A DNA stretch of 62,486 nt, counting the filler, from a bacterium (GTDB lineage: Bacteria; JBDRGX01), in NCBI GenBank assembly GCA_043817485.1. It is 8 parts of 8 records of this genome, joined end to end, with 100 filler letters (N's around TTAATTAATTAA, not from the genome) between each part and the next. Parts side by side here need not be neighbours in the genome. Positions count along the whole stretch, not along the records: positions 60,288 to 62,486 come from JBDRGX010000122.1; 7 more parts are not named here. One strand, 5' to 3'. The first letter of the stretch is position 1; each line of letters opens with the position of its first letter. The notes under the pieces were generated by a model that was given only the letters and a program-made list of their open reading frames with translations, did no database searches and had not been told where the DNA came from. Positions 61,398-62,486 of the stretch are shown here, one piece after another. Position numbers and translations under genes: made by a program.

Positions 61398-62486
61398 ATG
61401 ACTAGAAAAGAATTGCTAAATAATGTTTCAGATAAAATTATTAATTGTAATAAGTGTTATAGATTAAGAGAAATTACTAAATACCCAATGCCACATATTT
61501 ATTATAATAATTTATCAAAAGTAAATATATTTATTGTTGGTCAAAATCCAGGAACAGAAAATAATTATTCAAAAGTAAAAATAGAAAATTTTATAAAAAA
61601 ATATCATGATTTATGGTGGGAATGTAGAGTTGGTAAATATATTAGAAAAGAATTTGGAGATGATTTTTTAAAAGAAAAAATATTTTTTACAAATATTTGC
61701 AAATGTTCTTCTCCCAAAAATTCAAAATTAGAAAAAGAAGAAGTAGAAAATTGCAAACAGTTTTTATTAGACCAGCTTAAAATTATAAGGCCAAAAATCA
61801 TCATTACGCTTGGAAATGAAGCAGAAGAAACAATAAATTCTTTGGATTTATTTGATAAAGTTAATATAATAAATTTATTTCATCCATCATATTTTAGATA
61901 TAATAATGACCCTGATTTAATAAAGATTCAATCAAATAAAATAAAAAAAATAAAAGAACAATTTATAAATGACGATGAAAAAGAAACAAATTTATATTTT
62001 GATGATGCAGAAAGATTTTTTAAAAAAGGAGCAAATTATTTTTCTTTTCATAGTGGATCAAATCTTTCTACTGCATTTAGGTACAATTTTGCATGTTATG
62101 CTGTTTCTAAACAATTAAAAAATATTGGATCCGTAAAAGAATATATAAAAGTTTTAGATCTTGGATGTGGTATTTGTAATTTTATTTCTTTTTGGGGCAA
62201 TCGTTTTTGTGCGCAATTTAAACCAAGACTCCATTATATAGGTTTAGAATATGATAAAAAACGTGTAGAATATGTAGCCAATAATTTTCCTTCTTGGTTT
62301 GAAAAAGAAAGAAGAACAAGAGTAGAAATGCACCAATTTGATTTAATAAATAAAAGCCTTTTTGATTTAAATGAAAATAAATTTGACAGTATTATTGCAA
62401 TGGAAGTACTTGAACATATTGGTAAAGAAGCTGCAGAGAGAGTTATTTGTGAAATTAATAAATTATTAAATAAAAATGGGATATTA
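61398..62486 (+). CDS. Fe-S uracil-DNA glycosylase-family domain fused to class I SAM-dependent methyltransferase (3' partial; absent from the ORF track)
   Basis: Open for 363 codons to the window end. CNKC, IVGQNPG, TNICKC, NCK.FL..QL....PK.IITLG, HPSY; then VLDLGCG, YIGLE, FDSIIAMEVLEHI, LLNKNGIL. Confidence 0.85.
   Translation, partial: MTRKELLNNVSDKIINCNKCYRLREITKYPMPHIYYNNLSKVNIFIVGQNPGTENNYSKVKIENFIKKYHDLWWECRVGKYIRKEFGDDFLKEKIFFTNICKCSSPKNSKLEKEEVENCKQFLLDQLKIIRPKIIITLGNEAEETINSLDLFDKVNIINLFHPSYFRYNNDPDLIKIQSNKIKKIKEQFINDDEKETNLYFDDAERFFKKGANYFSFHSGSNLSTAFRYNFACYAVSKQLKNIGSVKEYIKVLDLGCGICNFISFWGNRFCAQFKPRLHYIGLEYDKKRVEYVANNFPSWFEKERRTRVEMHQFDLINKSLFDLNENKFDSIIAMEVLEHIGKEAAERVICEINKLLNKNGIL

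Noticed and set aside
678-61804. Short antisense or overlapping ORFs in the track (e.g. 678-947, 4182-4364, 13854-14165, 17573-17815, 23757-24065, 50192-50461, 60997-61215, 61604-61804)
   Set aside because: They overlap well-supported genes and lack motifs; shadow ORFs.

Overview
The window is not one contiguous locus. It is eight contigs joined by 100-nt artificial linkers (N44-TTAATTAATTAA-N44), as in a concatenated MAG/SAG. Five contigs (1-13736, 13837-21481, 21582-45354, 48826-53878, 53979-57428) come from a very AT-rich diderm bacterium. They carry housekeeping genes (hisG, xerC, actP, tadA, six tRNAs, rpoD, dnaK, grpE, gnd, pyrD, rlpA, rseP, pgi/pmi, gdhA, ruvX, tsaD, guaA, pheS, phoH, trkA/trkH, rpsT), a fused R-M-S restriction-modification gene, IS remnants and several dispersed MITE/REP families. 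Contig 45455-48725 looks archaeal (TYW3/Taw3) and is probably bin contamination. Contig 57529-60187 is almost gene-free, with iteron-like repeats, palindromes and an orphan sigma70 promoter. Contig 60288-62486 encodes a radical SAM/SPASM protein followed by an ORF missing from the ORF track: an in-frame fusion of an Fe-S uracil-DNA-glycosylase domain and a class I SAM methyltransferase. The best leads are (1) that rSAM + UDG-MTase module, (2) IS1202-like ends lying 15-17 bp from -35 boxes at three loci, (3) a DUF4160 gene split across two contigs by an insertion with an 8-9 bp target duplication, (4) a 42-aa membrane peptide translationally coupled between trkA and trkH, and (5) the non-coding repeat contig. 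Several genes have frameshifts in homopolymer or dinucleotide runs, which may be sequencing errors. All family calls come from recognising motifs by eye; no searches were run.
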